Shown here in pieces: positions 61,129-64,000 of a stretch of DNA of 64,000 nt. Position 1 is the stretch's first letter; each line of letters starts with the position of its first letter. A model generated the notes under the pieces. That model worked only from the letters and a program-made list of their open reading frames with translations, did no database searches and was not told where the DNA came from. This DNA comes from Paraspadella gotoi (Eukaryota > Animalia > Chaetognatha), in contig CM119269.1 in assembly GCA_051294375.1 (NCBI GenBank), forward strand, positions 22,431,808 through 22,495,807, in the 5' to 3' direction. The translations under genes were made by a program, and so were the position numbers.

Positions 61129-62150
61129 TTGGTCTCGCTGATTGGTGGTCGACCTGGCCTTGGACGACGTTCCGTCGCTCCTAGATCGCCTCAAGTTGGT
61201 CGTCTGGAGGATTATCGGCGGGCGCACGGACTCTCAGACGTCAGCGATTCAGCCTTCTCTCTTATTGCCAAGAGTTGGAGAGTCTCCACTGATTCCCGTT
61301 ACGAAAGGGCTTGGAAGTCCTTCGTCTCCTTCCTTCAAGGTCGGGACCTTCGAGGAGATCAAGCTTCTGTGAAGGATGTGCTGGATTATCTCGCCCATCT
61401 AAGTGACAACAGGTTGTCCTATAGCACTATCAATTTGCATAGATCGGCGATTTCTGCGACTCTTCCTTTGGTGGAGGGTGCTCCTATTGGTCAGCACCCA
61501 TTAGTTTGCCGTTTGCTCAAAGGAGTTTTTCAGCTACGGCCTCCCTCGCGCCGGATCTACCCAGCTTGGAGTGTGGCTGCGGTTTTGCGCGTTTTTGATG
61601 TGATGCCTTTCCCGTTATCACCTTATGATATTCTATGCAAGACTACGTTTCTTCTTGCATTGGCTTCCGCTAGGCGACCTTCTGAATTGGTCTCCTTGCA
61701 ATGTGGTCCAGACCACATGTTTTTGGTTGAGGACCACGTACGTTTGTGCCCTCCAGGCTTTCCAAGACGGATCGGATTCGTCATCTTGGCCCTGTTTTTC
61801 GTTTGGATCGACTGACCGGTTCTGTTAGATGCCCGGTCCTGGCCTTGCTTCCTGGTTGTCCGTCAGACAAGTTCTGCGGCCTCAGCACGATTTCTCTTCT
61901 CTTCCCCTGCGCCGCCTCATGGACCTTTGTCTCTCCAGCGTTTTGCCGCCCTAATCAAGTCAGTCTTTAGAGATGCGGATATCGACGCGCCTCCTGGATG
62001 TGAGCTATGGCAGTGTCGGAGGCCTTCGCTAAAGGAGTGGACTTGGATGTCATCCTTCGTGCTGGAGATTGGTCAGGCGCTCAGACCTTCTTTCGTTTTT
62101 ATTGTCGGGAGTCGGCTTGGGGCTACTCTCAGCGGGGTCTTGTGGATGAG
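61129..62150 (+). CDS. DIRS tyrosine recombinase (second, cleaner copy; still with frameshifts)
   Basis: RYERAWKSF..VLDYLAHL..LSYSTINLHRSAISATL (SAM-like domain), CRLLKGVFQLRP, LLALASARRPSEL, ILRAGDWSGAQTFFRFYCR. Right ITR 62149-62348. Confidence 0.85.
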
Positions 62151-62872
62151 TGATTTTCCCTTCCGATGCATCCCGAGAGATGGAGCTGAGAGGAGGAAGA
62201 GGAGGAGAGGAGCAGGAGGAGGAGGAGTCTACTCCTTCTGCTTTTCTCTTTTGTCTTTCTTGTGGACACACGACATCTGGAACAAAAGAGCATCGGCGTG
62301 GTGGAGAGTAGCCATGAAGAATCCCGGTTCCATTTGGAACCAAAAATTGAATTGAAACATACTTTGAAACATTATACCACTTCATTGATAGGGAAGCCAG
62401 GTACTCTGGGAGTGAATAAACGAGACTGTGAGAAAGTCTTGATTGAAAGCTTGCAGGGACTTGCTATGTCATTATCTTGTAAGAGTGATGGAGGCCTTAA
62501 ACCACCTAAGCCTGTCCAAAGTCAGGGGCAAAATAGCTTATTTATTAAATGAATGGATAATTTTTATATTGGTTGTACCAATTTCATTGAAGTTTGTCGC
62601 AATATTTTTTTTATTGTTTGTTCGGGGTATTATGAAAACGTCTTGGAGCTTGCCCGAATGCCGTCTTTATGAAATTCGAATATATATATATTTTAAATTT
62701 GTCTTATTATAAATGTATTGAATCGCCTCCCAATTTATCCACCTTAAAAAAAACTAAGCTCATTTTAATTGCTTTTTTAATTAATTAATCAACCCTAAAT
62801 TATTTAATTTATCTATTGTGCCAATTATGCAAACTCACTGGTTCTCACAATAAATAAATTCATATTCATTAT

Positions 62873-64000
62873 TCAAACCGTTTGCGGCTTAGTCCTGCGG
62901 GATCGATACCCCTCACTCTTGTTCAAACGATGTCGCACAAACATGAGAATTACGTATAAAACGATAACAATGACGATGACAATAACGATAGCAACGATGA
63001 CTACTACTTTGTCTTCGCTACCATCGTCAGTCGCTTGGACTGGTTCATCCTCCACCGGATTTCCGTCGACGACGTCATTGACGAATCCGAGTCCAAAGGT
63101 GACGGCGTTGGAGGCTCGACCGACGTTTCCCGCTTCGTCGACGCCCACCACGACGACCCTGTACGACCCCGGCCCGGCGTCGGGAGGCTGCACGTTGAAG
63201 GTCATGGTTTCCGTCTCTCCGGGTCCCACCGTCGACGCCGTCTCTCGCTCCTCGCTCCCGTTAAAGATCCTCGAGTCGTTAGAGGCGAAGAGGAATCGAT
63301 ACCCGGTCACGTTACCCTCGTCGTAGTCGTCCCCCGTCGCCGTGAAGGTCAGTGTCACGTTCCCCGTCGAGAGAGACGTCGCCACCAAGCGGAGATCAAC
63401 GATACGATCCGGGGAGATCTCGTCGACGCCGCGTTTGAGCCTGGCGTCGACGACGGCCACGTTGGCGGCTTCCGTCTTCAATTCCGAGGCTCCGGCCGTC
63501 GTGGACCGAGAGACGTTTCCTTCGATGCCTTCGTCGACGAACGCCACCGGTTCTAAGGGTCTGATGTTGTCCTCATCAAAGGCGATGGCGGCGCCGCTGA
63601 ATCCCGCGTTCTTGTAGACTCGAACGGCGGAGTCGTTGGTGCTGGAGACGAGAATCGTTGTCGAGTATTGACCGATCGCCGTGAATTGAGAAAAGTAGCG
63701 AGAGTAGACGCCGTCGTCGATCGACGCGTCCGCCCCACGACCGTCGTCTCGCAATTCCAGTTGCAGCGGCTCGTCCTCTCCGGGTCGATCGATCAACGCG
63801 AAAACTTGAAGCCTCAAAACTGGATTCCCTCCGCGAGTCGCTTCCACGTAGATGGTCATGGGCGACGGGTATTCGACGTCTTTAGATTTAATTGAAGAAT
63901 AAATCGTCAGCGGCGAAACCGTTTTGTTTTTCCCGATTTCCCGCGCTTTTGTTAAGACGTTGACTTTATACGTTTGTAAGGAAGTCGTCGTCTTTCGAAT
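62873..64000 (-). CDS. CLCA-family protein, C-terminal part (open beyond the window end)
   Basis: Uninterrupted frame: YPSPMTIYVEATRGGNPV, LELRDDGRGADASIDDGVYSRYF, PDRIVDL, LTFTATGDDYDEG (FN3-like) and a C-terminal TM helix. Confidence 0.88.
   Translation of the reverse strand: MRKTTTSLQTYKVNVLTKAREIGKNKTVSPLTIYSSIKSKDVEYPSPMTIYVEATRGGNPVLRLQVFALIDRPGEDEPLQLELRDDGRGADASIDDGVYSRYFSQFTAIGQYSTTILVSSTNDSAVRVYKNAGFSGAAIAFDEDNIRPLEPVAFVDEGIEGNVSRSTTAGASELKTEAANVAVVDARLKRGVDEISPDRIVDLRLVATSLSTGNVTLTFTATGDDYDEGNVTGYRFLFASNDSRIFNGSEERETASTVGPGETETMTFNVQPPDAGPGSYRVVVVGVDEAGNVGRASNAVTFGLGFVNDVVDGNPVEDEPVQATDDGSEDKVVVIVAIVIVIVIVIVLYVILMFVRHRLNKSEGYRSRRTKPQTV

Larger units (their letters stand above)
60790..64000 (+). 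repeat. Direct duplicate of ~55622-58890 (DIRS 3' half, family A, CLCA 3' end); higher-quality copy
   Basis: Collinear match beginning gagcagttcaagattggcactt, with a period of ~5.17 kb. Confidence 0.9.

Overview
Eukaryotic, most likely invertebrate animal, genomic DNA with GC/CpG-rich exons, short AT-rich introns and many (CT)n tracts. Eight consecutive host genes lie on the + strand with 0.35-1.4 kb spacers: an uncharacterised multi-exon gene, GFPT, SMIM7, UQCRB, an OSR1/SPAK kinase, HPDL, a catalytically dead cholinesterase/neuroligin-like membrane protein and NFXL1. A CLCA-family gene follows on the - strand. Two large duplications look like long-read or amplification artefacts: an ~8.3 kb fold-back palindrome centred at ~13420 that splits UQCRB, and a direct repeat 55622-58890 / 60790-64000. 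Mobile DNA includes two DIRS1-like tyrosine-recombinase elements (one non-autonomous, one with RT/RNase H/methyltransferase/YR), a CACAGTG-ended Transib/RAG-like MITE, a second MITE, a Helentron-type element and three structured SINE-like families. The most interesting signals are: (i) both DIRS elements have their internal complementary region near the 5' end, flush behind a conserved GT-AG intron, and both are bounded by an AATT crossover core; (ii) a ~30-bp octamer-containing motif recurs once per intron in five unrelated genes; (iii) the MITE ends have an RSS-like heptamer-22 nt-AGAAAAA layout with a near-perfect 5-bp TSD; (iv) minisatellites are built from exon/splice-donor junctions; (v) many 3' splice sites are AAG/GAG, some behind A-tracts; (vi) the gene run is operon-like. 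All calls are by eye; no database searches were run and repeat boundaries are approximate.
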